A stretch of DNA of 64,000 nt, taken from assembly GCA_964035545.1 (NCBI GenBank), contig OZ037772.1, positions 11,468,818 to 11,532,817 of the forward strand, read 5' to 3'. Origin of the DNA: Bugula neritina (lineage: Eukaryota > Animalia > Bryozoa). Of this stretch, positions 24,077 to 36,825 are shown piece by piece (the first letter of the stretch is position 1; each line of letters starts with the position of its first letter). A program made the translations under genes and the position numbers. The notes under the pieces are model-generated. The model saw only the letters and a program-made list of their open reading frames with translations. It ran no database searches and was not told the DNA's origin.

Positions 24077-26329
24077 TCACTTGTCGATGATACTATGGAA
24101 TAGTCCAGGGAACCAATATTGTGTTGTGTCACCTTGTTCATCAACCCATGCTAAGCCCTCCCTAACCAGATGTTCTAAGGCTATATCTGCTCTATGTAGA
24201 TCCCAGCCTAACTCAGTGACGAGCTGATCCTTAGTTACAAAGCCTGTGCTCTAAAATATAAAATAGCCTTTACTTAGTAATACATAAACCAAGTAAAACT
24301 ATAATAGCACATACGCTACAAAATTGTTACAAAATGTAGAAAACTGTCAACTTGAAGTCAAGTTTGTCTTAAACCCTTGACACACTGTCACCTCTCTGAT
24401 TATAACATGAAGTGATATAAAGCTAAGAGACATGTCACCCTGTGTCAAAGGCATTATGCTTACCTCAGCCTGTTGCAGCACCACAGTATGGTCTAGAGTC
24501 ATCTCCCCTGGTACTGACTGCACAATGTAGGTTCCTCTGACAGGTATCAACGTGAAACCACTTCCCAGAACCTTCAGCCGTTTGATAGCCTGGATGATGT
24601 CATCTCTGTAACAAAGAGCATTGTCAAAATGAGACCACACGGGTTACAATGTAGCCTAGCAACATATGTGTATCCCATAGCAACAGAGATAAGGTTTACA
24701 TAGCAATATAAGAAATTGCATAGCAACCGATGCATAAAAAAACTCAATACCCTTGTGTGAAACCCCAGATGGAAAGGTTTTTGTTAAAGCAGGCTAAAGA
24801 CTTATTCATGTGTGGCAAAGGAGCAATTATGACTGAATGCTCTTCCTAACATCACCAATGACCTTTACTGGGGTTTGAACACACATGCTACGTGTTCAAC
24901 CAGCCTGACAATAGAATGTTGACCAACTAGATACCTAAAAACAGCCCTACCATTGCTAATCAAATTGAAATAGAATGCTGACATACTGAAAGCCCAGAAA
25001 CAGGCTACTCTCTAGATAAGATACTCACATGCTGACAGCAGCTGATTTGCTGCCTCTGGACTTGCTCACTCTCTTTCTCATCTCCTCAATACCCATAATT
25101 CCCCCGTTCCTGTGACTAGTAGCCATTGCTACTTCCACTATCTGTACTCCTGAAACACAACTACCAAGTATTCATACCACTGAATGTTTTAAAGCGAATT
25201 TGAAGCTTCTTGCATTTACTCACTCTCTCACTCACTTACTCACTCACTCATTCACACATTCACTCTTTCACTCACTGATTTATTCACTCATCCACTCACT
25301 CATTGACTTTCTAACCCAGTAACTCATTCCTTTGCTGACTTACTAACTCACTTACTCACCGTATTAACTTAAATTAAGGAATAAAATTGGAAGAATAATT
25401 TTAATTAATTAACAACATGAAGTTAGAACATTTACCAGTTCACTATAATGAAGAAAACAACTTTTAGAGAATTAAAACAGCTTGTTTTACTATATCTATT
25501 TCTACTCTAGAAAGTAGCCCGTTTGGGTGCTTTCAGTATTTCAGCATTTTATTTCTACTTCAGCTAACTATGAGGAGCTGTCAGCTGACTACCAAACATC
25601 TCCCACATATAGGGTCAGAGGTCACAGGTCACAGGTCAAAATACATACCCAGCTCATAGTAGTAGTCACCAACCCCCAGCATCTCAGACCAAAACCCCTT
25701 GCTAGAAGCAAGTGGATCCACTCCTATCGTAGCACACATTTGTTGGAAATGTTGCCTAAAGTCTGCATTCTTTTTAATATCATCTAAAAGGAAACAAACA
25801 TACTTGACTGCTTTGAATAACTATTAGCTTTTTATCTGATCAAAATGATGATGAGACTAAATCAATGACTTCTATCCCTCCACTTTTCCGATTCTACCAT
25901 CATAAACTTACTTCTGTGTTTAGCTGCAAACTCTTGCAGATTGTTCTGGAAGGATTCCAGTTGTTTAGACATTTGATTGATTTGATCTTCGGCTAGTTCT
26001 GATCCCTTATTTTTAAACTTTTCACCTGCTATACCTGAAGTAAACAAACATCATAAATAACCATATATGTTTTATGCATAAGGTAGTTATACTATACTTG
26101 AAGATAAAATCACTCAGTTAGCTGCTATATAATTGAAGCTCTCAGTTCCATCTAAATACACTCAAGTGTGTAGAAGCTATTAACTTTTGAATACATTTTG
26201 CTAAGATTAATAAATATATAGAGAGATACTGAAAGCATTTAACAAAAATAATACACTTTGAAGCACTGAAGTAGTTAATTCCAAACCTTTATTTTTAATC
26301 GCGGCTATGCCCACACCTCTACGCCTCAT
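24077..26329 (-). CDS. SNF8: Vacuolar-sorting protein SNF8 (ESCRT-II subunit VPS22/EAP30)
   Basis: Exons 26329-26287, 26034-25912, 25783-25649, 25149-25029, 24605-24464, 24250-24077. Peptide [84 protein letters not shown]. Confidence 0.97.
24751..24895 (-). mobile_element. tRNA-derived SINE copy in a SNF8 intron
   Basis: Shares TTTTGTTAAAGCAGGCTAAAGACTTA..ATGCTCTTCCTA.CATCACCAAT with the 22085 copy. Confidence 0.75.
25219..25360. repeat. Degenerate (ACTC)n microsatellite
   Basis: Runs of CACT/ACTC in a SNF8 intron. Confidence 0.8.
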
Positions 26330-27576
26330 CTTTTTCTGTGTTGACTACCAGTTCCAAACAAAAGCTGTAAAATACATCAAAACATAAACTTTAAATTAAA
26401 GCATATTGTATGTTTGTATCATGTTACAGTATCAGCAGCAGTTTAACATTTGAAAATTACCAACTTTATTTTGCCTTTTATTAATTTAAATTCCAATTAT
26501 TTTAAAAGCAAAATTCTTAAATTAGCTAATAAAGTGAACATAACTTCACTTTTTATATTACTGATTTAAATCACAGGTTTGTCCTTAATTAGAGTATTTC
26601 TTCATTACTGATTCACGTTAATTTAGTTTTACTGCACTCACTGCTAATCCAGACCTAGTCAGTAGTCTGTTGAACTTAGCACTAGTGTTACTGCTGGTGT
26701 TACACTTACAGTTTGTGTTACTGTGACTCATTTACTATTAAACTCGCATCAGTATGGCATATGAGTTCCCAGTGGAAGTATGAGTAGGCTATAAGATGCA
26801 GATTGAGTATCACTGATATTCAATCTGAATCTCATAGTCATACTGATACTATCAATGTGACTATCACTATGGCTATGGTGTAAGGGTATCAGCGTGAGGC
26901 TGTCAATGGGCACTGGCTATAACAACAAATATTACTACTATAACTATAAGTAATAAAGTATTAGTAAACTATAACTATTCTTATTCTTTCACTATGTCCA
27001 TTATCTAACAGTAACTGAGTGAGTGAGTAACTCTATCACTATGACTATCAGTATCGCTATGCCTATAAGTATATACTATTCATATTGCTATTACTATTAT
27101 ATTACTTATTAGTATGAGTTATTAGTTATTACTATTAGTATTAGTATTAGTATTACTATTACTACTAGTAGTAGTAGTATTATAATTATTACTATTACTA
27201 TTAGTATTGTAAACTATATTTAGGTAAGAGTACTACTCATTAGTAGCTACTACTAACAATTTAATATTAAGTATTGGAGCAAAACATTAGTTAGGCTTCA
27301 AGTCAGTATAATTATGAGCATGTCTATTAGTATTACATTAGATTAGTGTAAGTTTTAAGTAATAAGTAAATGTCTAAGTACATCTCATTTTACTAACAGC
27401 GGAAGCTGCATAGTTATAGGCTAATAACTTTAGTAGTAAAATATTTGCGGGGGGTGATCACGGAGTGTCGGTGAAGAAATGTTGTCAGCATATGGGTACC
27501 TCAGCGATTCCACTAAAAGCTGTGCTCAGTCGCATCCTTCAAAGCTCATTTTAGTTGTGTATTCAAAAATTTCACC

Positions 27577-30013
27577 ATGCCTGTAAGATACGTTGGTCGC
27601 CAAGGAACGTACAACGGGAAATTCTTGTTTAATTTATTGTGCAATTTAAAAGGATTTGGTGTTGGACGAATGGTAGTACGAAAATCATTTAATGAAAGAT
27701 ATGCTGAGCCGTCATATTATATAATAAAGCAAGCTTTTCCAGATCTTACTTCAACGGTACTGTTTCAGTTTCACTGTTTGAGTTTCACTTTCTGTTTGAA
27801 TTTCACTTTAACTTTTAGTTTAGACATTGATTAAACTTAGAATAATTTGACTTCAATTTCAAGCATTGTTTTTATTCTCATTTTAAGTAAATTTTGAAAT
27901 AAAGTGTTATAGTTATACTTTGACTTATAACTTTAACTTATATTTATAAGCTAGTCAGTTAGTTAATGTTATAAGTGATAGTTAGAATTTATGCAGATAT
28001 AAAACTATTGGTGTGAGGCTGAATAATTAGCCTAACATTCAACTTAAAGTTTTAATCGCTATCATTTATCAATATTTTTTATTAATCTTCATCTTGTTGA
28101 TTGTTATTGATAATAATAATAATAGCATTGCTATAACTATGTTAATATTTGAATATCAATATGTAAAACTAAAAAAATAAGGAACTGAAACTTTTCTAAT
28201 TTCATACTGATTATGATTATTATATTGCAATATGGGTAGTTCATTTTCACATCGATATATTTACAGGCTATAGCTTTTGGCTGTTCTTTAGTGTTGGTAT
28301 TAGTTTAAGTTTCAGATAAAATTTAGCATTTGTTTTTAATATAAGGTAAACCATACATTTAACTGTAATACTAATCGTTATACTTATACATTTTTCACTA
28401 TTATAGTTAAAAGATTAGTATATTTGTAACTACTGACTACTAGACACCTTTGAATTTAGAATTTTAGTAATGAAGCTACAGGTACATGTTATTTTGCAAC
28501 AAATTATGTTCTAGGCCTATGTGTGGGATATATTTTTATACCATAAGTTATTATAATTTTTGCATTTTTAGCATCACTATTGAATGTGAATGTTGTTTTT
28601 GTTTATATCAGTATTCTTATTTAATAGCTAAATATTATAATCATGATAATGTGATGTGGAGACAACAGCTGGTGCTCACAATGCTTATAATTATATGTAA
28701 AATGTTAATGGTCACCTTTGGTCACCTTTCACCGCCGTGGTCCTGTTAATAAACTTTTTAATTTTTATTGTAGGATTACAAAGCAGGCTATGTCTTGGCT
28801 AAACAAGTCTTTAGAGGGAAATGTTTGGGTGAAGAGAAGAGAATTAATTCAGGGTACAAGCCAGACTGGCAGCTGATATCTAAGGTAGGCGTCCTTACTT
28901 ACTGTCTTGAGTGCTGGGATGTATATAAACTGTTTCGTAGGTAGTACCATGTAACCATAGTAACCGTAGGTAGTGTCATGTAACCATAGTAACCATAGGT
29001 AGTGTCATGTTGCCATAGTAACCGTAGGTAGTATCATGTAGCCATAGTTTACTACGGCAGGTACAATTTTACTGAACTGCTATGGCAGGTATAATTATGG
29101 AAGCATTCTGACCAAAGTTGCCATAACTTAACATGTAGCACATGATAGACACAATCTGGTTTGCATTCGAGTTACAATATCTAACATGTATGTAGCATAG
29201 TCAAAGGTATAGCCATTCAAACCCCGTGATTATAATTATGATAATCGTTGTCTTCTGTTATAGCAAGTTTATCTTCTAGTTTTTGAAATTTATGACAGTT
29301 TCCTGATGGAGTAGAAACATCTGCATATCTCTTGCAAGAAGTTGGGTGCACAATGATTAGAATATTCACTACAAGGAGTTGTGTACACAATGATTAGAAT
29401 ACTCATTGCAAGGAGTTGTGTTACAGGCGGATGAAGAGAAGTACTTGTCTAATAAGTTAGCCTATGAACCTGTGGAAGCACCCACCACTGCGGACATGCC
29501 ACCCCTCCTGGCTAAGTTTTACACGGACAGACTGACTAGAGATGGCGTTGAGGTAATAGTTGTGAAATTGCATTACAGAATGCTCTACCCATTGATGTTG
29601 ACTTGAAAGCTTGGCTTTGCAGTCTTCTCAATTTGCCAATCTTTGATTTACTATTGATTATTGATAGTTGATTATTGATTGTGTTTTAACTTTAATAATA
29701 GACAATAATGAAAAACTTGGGAAATGTGTACGTATGTATGACATACTTGTTTGGCTGACCCACATTTAATCATGCCATTGACCTACTTTTCCCACCTTAA
29801 TATCTTCATGATAAACTATTCCAGGTCAAGCCTGAGGACACTAAATTATATTTACGTGTAAACCGGGGCGTTCACAACCGTGCCCAGCAGTCTCAGGTTG
29901 ATGAGTTGACCGAATCTCTACCCTCTGAGGAAAGAATTCAGCCTAAAACTTGGGCGGAGAGACAAATGCTGAAGAGATACAAGAGAAAAGGCGTTTCTAG
30001 ACCCTCATTGTGA
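27577..30013 (+). CDS. MRPS34: Mitochondrial small ribosomal subunit protein mS34
   Basis: Exons 27577-27756, 28774-28884, 29427-29552, 29825-30013 (TGA), all phase 0. MPVRYVGR..GKFLFNLLCNLKGFGVGRMVVR..RYAEPSY and VFRG..YKPDWQLI match invertebrate mS34 as recalled. AATAAA at 30065. Confidence 0.92.
28936..29050. repeat. 29-bp intronic minisatellite, 4 copies
   Basis: Unit CGTAGGTAGTRTCATGTAACCATAGTAAC. Confidence 0.9.
29333..29422. repeat. 37-bp tandem repeat (~2.4 copies) running into an MRPS34 acceptor
   Basis: CAAGGAGTTGTGTACACAATGATTAGAATA.TCA.T repeated. Confidence 0.85.
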
Positions 30014-30208
30014 CAGTCTTACTAGTAAATAGTGTAAATTCACTGAAGTTTTTCTTATAGATAGAATAAAACTTATTCTCAACATGTACAAGTCAATCAA
30101 ATATTTTATATTTTGCATTTATTATGTGATTCAATTGTTAACCTTTAACCTAATTTAATATATTGTGTTAACAGCCATCCATCTTCTTAGGTATACTTGA
30201 TATTGTTT

Positions 30209-30299
30209 AAATTCTGATTTAAAGTGCAATAATTCCACTGTTTACACTACAGTGTAGTGTAAACAGTGGAATTATAGCACTTTTAAATGATCAGAATTA
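30209..30299. repeat. Long near-perfect palindrome (hairpin)
   Basis: Perfect 23-bp arms ATAATTCCACTGTTTACACTACA (30229-30251) and TGTAGTGTAAACAGTGGAATTAT (30253-30275), 1-nt spacer, imperfect pairing for a further ~20 bp. Confidence 0.95.
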
Positions 30300-31366
30300 A
30301 AAAATAATGATTCCAAGTCATATAAGTAGTGGCTACCTACAGCATTTTTGCTCTTATAATATCTAGTCACTTTGCTGATGACGTAATTTAAAAATAAACA
30401 TCTGTAGGCGAGCAGTAAAGTTAAACTTCAAGATCAATAGCTAAATAGAGTTGTAAAAGGAAAAAAATGCTCTCTAGGCACAGCAAGGCAACCATTACAC
30501 CACGAGAGCCACAGAGTAGAGCCAACATTACATTTAGCAATTTATGTCACACTCACAGCTTCAAACCATCTAGGTCACAGCAGTTGGTGTTCAACGTTGG
30601 TGGTGAATTACCAAGCCAGTTTTTTATAAATAGCTAACAGCAAAGGAGGCTTTTCAGCTTTATCTAGCTTGCAGTTGAGTCATGGGTTACCAACAAGAGC
30701 TTGGTGGGTGGGCTGGTTGGCTATAAGCTGTATAAAGCTATTCTGGAAACATATAAATTAGAAGTATTATTCAATCAGTTAATCCATGAAATCTGATTCT
30801 TGTTTTATCAAGTAGCTGGAAGCTCTTCAATAATTTGCTACACCATGAAGACTACAAACGGTAATAATATTATTATAGTATTATGCATTATGCTTGTTTT
30901 CTCTTGATATGTATTATTTACTATAAAATGTTATAGCTTTTCTTCTTTCAACAGTGATAGTGAAAATGAAATTGATTACTGTTACATTTAGCTTCTGCCA
31001 TTTATTAAATATGCACTATAATTTTAGAATAATTAAATACTAGATTATTGCTAAAATTTCCAAAATATTCTAGAATATTTAATAGATTTCTGAAACTGCA
31101 ATTTGTTAATTTAGAGAATTATATATCAGAATTTAGCCATTTATTCATATTACATGTGATGTAATTTTTTAGAAGCACACCCCTTGGTTTGGCCCCCCCT
31201 CACAACTACGATGTCCACTCCTGTAAGCAGAATGGCTGACCCCTGAGCACACGGAGCTTCTTTCTGGTAGTACCCTAACCTCAGCACCTGTAAGTACATC
31301 TTCTACACCCATCACCACATCTCTGAGCCAAGACAGCCAAGTAAGTCTACTAATAAACTTGCAATA

Positions 31367-31518
31367 CACTGCGTTTCCATCATTGCATTATGGGAATATG
31401 CTTTTCATTTACCTAATGGAAATAGTTACTGCAAGAATGAAACCAAAACCATAAGTAAATATGAACTGGAATTCACAATTAATTTATTCACATAATTCGC
31501 AGTCATGGAAACGTAGTG
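31367..31518. mobile_element. ~150-bp MITE with CACTRCGTTTCCAT termini
   Basis: CACTGCGTTTCCATCATTGC / GCAGTCATGGAAACGTAGTG (17/20, pairing extends to ~30 bp); flanks ATA/ATT; superfamily uncertain (CACTA or Harbinger). Confidence 0.7.
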
Positions 31519-32204
31519 ATTCTCTCTTTATTAGCACAAATTTCTCGTTTTGTTTTACATAGCCTGCTTTCTTTCTATCTATGCACTATAACATAAGTGT
31601 AGACCTAGAGTTACTCTGTAAAATTTAGCTTGACCTGAGACAAGCAAAATCAATATTCTTAAAATTATATTGTCTCATATATTTAAAATTCATTGAACAA
31701 CAAAGTATACATAATTACTGCAGGCTCTTGTATTGTCATTCCCGCACTGAGATGAATTCTCTCACTTCTTGATTAGTTGGGTTGTGGGGTTCGCTGTTGG
31801 AATTAGTATTGTTCTCTCCCTCATTTTGCCATTGCTGTGATAAGGTACCAAATCTATTTCCTTAGCACATGCTTTCTTAATCTCGTAGTGTTCCAAGTAG
31901 TGACTTTTTTGGCTTGTTTTATAGGACGGTTATATATAAACTATATTATCTCATGGAACTAGTATTCCCTCCTTTGCTGGGTTATTACTCTTAAAACCCG
32001 TGAATTATAGAACATCATTTCAAATAATTTCCTGACATTTTAAATATTTTAATTAGAAAATAACATTTTCAGTCATTCTCTACCAGAAAATCTGCTTCTA
32101 CCGACAGTGATTCAAATTTGTAACCAAAGTCTTCACCTTAAATTTATCAAAGAATATAACTTTATTACTTACGGCTGCAATATCAAACCTTGAATGAAAT
32201 AAGG

Positions 32205-32270
32205 CAGGGTTGTCCAATCTTTTCAGACCGAGGGCCACTGAAAGAAAATATTTCATGATGAGGGCCATAA
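32205..32270 (+). mobile_element. hAT (Charlie-like) terminal fragment
   Basis: CAGGGTTGTCCAATCTTTT...GAGGGCCAC resembles Charlie-type left ends; partner end not found. Confidence 0.45.
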
Positions 32271-32281
32271 GGATTTTCTTT

Positions 32282-32356
32282 CCTCCAGTATGTTTCTTCA
32301 TGTGTTTCGTGAGATTATTTTTGTATGCAGTCTTATAGTCGCACACTCTGCACTCC
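32282..32356 (-). pseudogene. Single C2H2 zinc-finger fragment; second, more decayed copy at ~40935-40997
   Basis: ECRVCDYKTAYKNNLTKHMKKHTG (C-x2-C-x12-H-x3-H plus TG linker), cut off by the hAT-like fragment. Confidence 0.8.
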
Positions 32357-34053
32357 CCACATACTGGATATAACTACCTTTAATTTTAGTTTAGTAATCA
32401 CATAGGCAGCATTGATATCTTTTGTGTTCAGTGTGCAACTTCTAATAGAGTTCTGATTACTAGCAACTGCTTACAACAGCTATACTTTTTCTTTTTTTCT
32501 CCTAGACTTGTTATTTACTTAAATAGTTAGCTTTCCAAAGCATCAGCTTCCCTAGCTAATGTACTTGCAGGGTTTTATTAGCATAAATTTATAGTTTATT
32601 AAAAATTATTTTCATAAATTAATACTCATTTTTTGGTTATTTGTAAAAATACAACAGCTAATTGAAGGTGCTTTTATTTATGTTCATAAATAGAAAGTTA
32701 ATTCAATAGTACAATTGTTTTTCCAAATTATTCCCTTTTTTCCTGCAACTTGAAATGAGAACACACAAATTATGGTTTTGCAGAAAGTTTTTTTTTTTCA
32801 CTTTGTTTTCAAAAATTTGATATTGAGCACTAAGTTGGGCTTCAGTCATCTCAGTGAAAAAATATGTGAATAATTGTAACCAGTAACCAGTAACCAGTAT
32901 TGTAACCTAATAGCTGTCAGAGAGTGTAGGTCTAGGTTGCTGCCTCTCAGCTCTTCAACTAAATACTTAAATTTTTAATTTTACTCCTGAAGCTGTTAAC
33001 CTTTATAGCTGGCTCTGGAACTGAAAATAACAAATAATATTTAACCATTTGTATTCATATCAACCAGCAAGTGACTGTGATTAACAGAAAAGTCAAATTG
33101 GGCCCAACAACTTTTTAGAGGATACCTGCTGTTAAAAACTGAGTGGTCAATACGTACATACTTTATCCCCTGCCTGTCTCAGCACTGCCCTGCTTGAGTA
33201 GCAGCATCATGCTACTTAATATGTTAGCATTAGCGCATGTGAGACTTTTATATTGTACTGGCTAACTTTATTAGGTATATAATTCTGCAATATCTTAACT
33301 CATAGTCAAATTTTGCATCCATTAAAAAGATGCAACCTTTATGCCTTATTATTAGGTGTAGCAGAGCATTTCAGTTTTATAAAATTCTCTCTGTATCAAT
33401 CACTATATTATAATACGTTTTATCTTGATCCACACAACTATCAGATGCAGAGTTTATAATGCTGTGTGATTTTCTTTTTTGTTTCTCAAGATTATAGGTT
33501 CTTTTTCTTGCAGTTTATATGTGTCACTATAGTACTGTTTCGTGGATTTAGAGTGAATTTGGTTGCATTTTCTTCTGAAGCTTTGTTAAACAGGTTGAGC
33601 TCATGTTTATCAGCTGTTGGCCTCTGTCTGCTTGCTTTATGTGTTATATCAACTACTCAGTGTACACTGCACTGAAAATTAAATACTGAAACGTTACATT
33701 ACAATATTTTTTTTTTTTTTCAAAAATTAATTTATCTCCAAGCTGCCAAAAGCCACAAACAATGTTTAGCTTCCCTGTAAATGTAAATATACACACTGGC
33801 CTACTTTTGCAAAGCTTTTTAGTTCAAATAGTTGAGCATTAGATGATGCCTCTTTTCTCTTGCTGTGCATTTATACTTTTAGCTTTATAAAGGTGCACTT
33901 ATAATAATCTGCTGTGAAGCTATGCTATACAGTTTCCTAGTTGGATAGGACAACTCCTTCTTTTATGCAATTAATTTAATTTGCCTGCACACAGCAGATA
34001 GAAGGTGTCTTTGCTTTTTATGAAGCGGCTTATTATATTGTTTGTTTGTTTGT

Positions 34054-34474
34054 GGGTCATTTTACTTAATTTAGTACACACTGGAAATCTCCAGTTTTTA
34101 GCTGTTTTTTACAATATAGCTGCTAATGAACATGGTTTTTTGCCCAAAACTAGTTAAATGTCAATCAACACACATGAATAATCAAGGTTCTTTTTAATTT
34201 TGATTGATTTTCCATGTTTTTTCCTAATTGTTCAGCTACTTTTGATTGTAGACCGTTATGGTTTTTTCGTAACGGTCTGCAATCAAAAGTAGCTGAACAA
34301 TTAGGAAAAAACATGGAAAACCAATCAAAATTAGGAAGAACCTTGATTATTTAGATGTATTTATTGAAATTTTACTAGTTTTGAGCAAAAACCCTTGTTC
34401 ATTAGCAGCTGAATTGTGAAAAATAGCTAAAAACTGGAAATTTCCAGTGTGTACTAAATTAAGTAAAATGACCC
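34054..34474. mobile_element. Foldback MITE (~207-bp inverted arms) with 8-bp TSD
   Basis: GGGTCATTTTACTTAATTTAGTACACACTGGAAAT ... ATTTCCAGTGTGTACTAAATTAAGTAAAATGACCC; centre near 34264; TTGTTTGT at 34046-34053 and 34475-34482. Confidence 0.92.
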
Positions 34475-34674
34475 TTGTTTGTTTCTTTATTTCCATCAAA
34501 AAATAAACAAAAGGACAAAAAAAATACAAAACAGTAACACAAAAAGAGCTAAATTCAATTTATATATAATATTAATCGAAGTCAAGATGGGGGCCCATGT
34601 GCTCAGTAGCATAGCTATTCAAGGAGCGGGGCCCAAGTGGCAGTTGAAAAAATAGTGGGAACTATTTATTCAGA

Positions 34675-36825
34675 TTAAGTTAAAGATTTTAGTAGGTGCT
34701 TTTTTAACAATATTTTAAATGTGGCAAAGCTTTGATGATGTCTTAAAGTCAGAGGTAGTTTATTCCAATTGCTAGACATCTGGTAGGACACTTGTCGATG
34801 ACCTGCTGCGGAGGTAGAGAGAGGTAAGGGTAAGGAAAGTTCAGAATGTCTGGTGAGGTAAGTTGGTGGTTGTTTGGTGTGAGATGGAGTATAATAAGCT
34901 GAATGACCAAGAAGACATAGGCGGTAGATATACAAGAGATCAATAGGAAGAATTTCTGCTTTGATAAATAGAGGTGACGTGTGTTCAGTAGGTGATTTGT
35001 GGAAAATAATGCGAATAATGCGTTTTTGAATTAAAAGCAACTTGTTCAGATGGGTTTTAGGGGCATTTCCCCAGGCTTCTAAGCAATATGTAAGTTTGCT
35101 GTTTATCAGACTGTTATATAATAAAATCAAAGCTTTGTATGGTAAAAACTTTGAAGCTAAGTATATCATACCAGTTACTTTGTTGAGCTGAGTCCTTAAA
35201 GAATTTATATGAGCACACCAGTTTAGGTTATTGTCAATGACTACACCTAAAAATTTTATTTCTGAGCTAGGTGAGAGAGGTATATTGTCAATATGGATGG
35301 TACTGTTAAGTACAAAATTCTTTTGGTAGTTTTTAACAATGATATAGTTTGTTTTCGTTAAGTTTAGAGTTAGTTTGTTTGCAATGCACCAGTTTTTAAC
35401 TTTATTTAGTGAGGAGTTTATATTTCCAATATCAGCATTTAGATCTTTGCTCTTCCAAAAAAGATTTGTGTCGTCGGCAAACAGAATAGTATCAAATAAA
35501 GGACAATGGGTAGCTAAATCATTTATGTACAGCAGAAAGAGCACAGGGCCCAAGATAGAGCCCTGGGGAACTCCACAGGTGATATGCAAGGAATTGGATA
35601 TACTGTTCTCTATTATAACATGCTGTGTTCGATTGGTCAAGTAGTTTTGGATTAAACTTATGGAGTGAGAATCAAAATTGTAATCTCGTAGTTTCTGTAG
35701 CAAAATATTGTGGTTGATTGTATCGAATGCTTTTGAGAAATCAATGAAAATACCCAATATTACTAATGAGTCATTAAGTGCTTTGAAGGATTGGTCTGAA
35801 AACTTAAACAGTGCGTCTTGTGCACCCTTCTTCTGTTGGAAGCCAAATTGAGAAACCGACAAAATTTTGTGTAGGTTTAAATGTTCATTTAATTGCTTGC
35901 AGATTATTTTTTCAAGTATTTTAGAGTAAACTGGAAGTATTGAGATAGGCCGATAATTACTACATAAAAGTTTGTCACCTTTATTTTTGTAAAATGGCAA
36001 AATCTTGGCTACTTTCAGTTCATTAGGAATGATACCTGATTTAATTATCAAGTTTATAATATGTGTGAGAGGCTGACAAAGGTAAGTTGCACTTTGTTTA
36101 ACTAGCCTCGCTGGGATCAAGTCTAAGCCTTCTGATTTATTTTCATTCAAATTTTTTAGTTCAGTTAAAACTCTGTTTTTGTCTACCAGCTGAAAATAAA
36201 ATGAAGGACAATCTTTGGCATTGACTGGGATCTCAGGAACACTTGGTATTTTATCGGCTAAGTTCTTTCCAATGTTAGTGAAATAATTGTTTATATAGTT
36301 TGCTATTTCTGTATGGTGGGTAATGATTTCTGAGTCAGCTTTTAGCTTTACTGGGAAGCTTGGAGAGGTTGATTTTCTTCCACAAGCATTGTTGATTGTA
36401 TTCCAAAGCTTTCTGGAGTCTGCTTGGTTAGAAATCAGCTTATCATAGTAGTTATACTTGGCTTGTTTAATTAAGGTTGATACTTTGTTTCGTTGCTTAA
36501 TGTAGGCTTGCTTAAGTTTTGGGCTGTATGGAAAAGCTTTGTGTTGTGAAAAAAGCCTGTCTTTTTTGTGAATTTCTTTTTTTAAACGATCCGTGATCCA
36601 GTTATTCACCTTTTTTCTATTGAAATGGAAAGTCTTTTCTTGAAAAGGTGCCAATTTGTTAAATATATGAGATGTTTCGTTCAAGAAATTTCTGTATGCT
36701 ACTATTGGATCATTATGTTTTAATACTAGATTGCTCCAGTCACAGTTTTGAAACTCATGTTTTAGCTGTATATCACAAAGTGATCTATAACTGCGTCTTT
36801 TGAAGGTTTGAGATTTAGGTTGCAC
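34675..36825 (-). CDS. LINE ORF2 reverse transcriptase (partial, uninterrupted)
   Basis: 716-aa ORF with NYRPISIL, FIDFSKAFDTINH, GVPQGSILGP, FADDT and FLGVVID motifs. Confidence 0.95.
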   Translation of the reverse strand: MQPKSQTFKRRSYRSLCDIQLKHEFQNCDWSNLVLKHNDPIVAYRNFLNETSHIFNKLAPFQEKTFHFNRKKVNNWITDRLKKEIHKKDRLFSQHKAFPYSPKLKQAYIKQRNKVSTLIKQAKYNYYDKLISNQADSRKLWNTINNACGRKSTSPSFPVKLKADSEIITHHTEIANYINNYFTNIGKNLADKIPSVPEIPVNAKDCPSFYFQLVDKNRVLTELKNLNENKSEGLDLIPARLVKQSATYLCQPLTHIINLIIKSGIIPNELKVAKILPFYKNKGDKLLCSNYRPISILPVYSKILEKIICKQLNEHLNLHKILSVSQFGFQQKKGAQDALFKFSDQSFKALNDSLVILGIFIDFSKAFDTINHNILLQKLRDYNFDSHSISLIQNYLTNRTQHVIIENSISNSLHITCGVPQGSILGPVLFLLYINDLATHCPLFDTILFADDTNLFWKSKDLNADIGNINSSLNKVKNWCIANKLTLNLTKTNYIIVKNYQKNFVLNSTIHIDNIPLSPSSEIKFLGVVIDNNLNWCAHINSLRTQLNKVTGMIYLASKFLPYKALILLYNSLINSKLTYCLEAWGNAPKTHLNKLLLIQKRIIRIIFHKSPTEHTSPLFIKAEILPIDLLYIYRLCLLGHSAYYTPSHTKQPPTYLTRHSELSLPLPLSTSAAGHRQVSYQMSSNWNKLPLTLRHHQSFATFKILLKKHLLKSLT

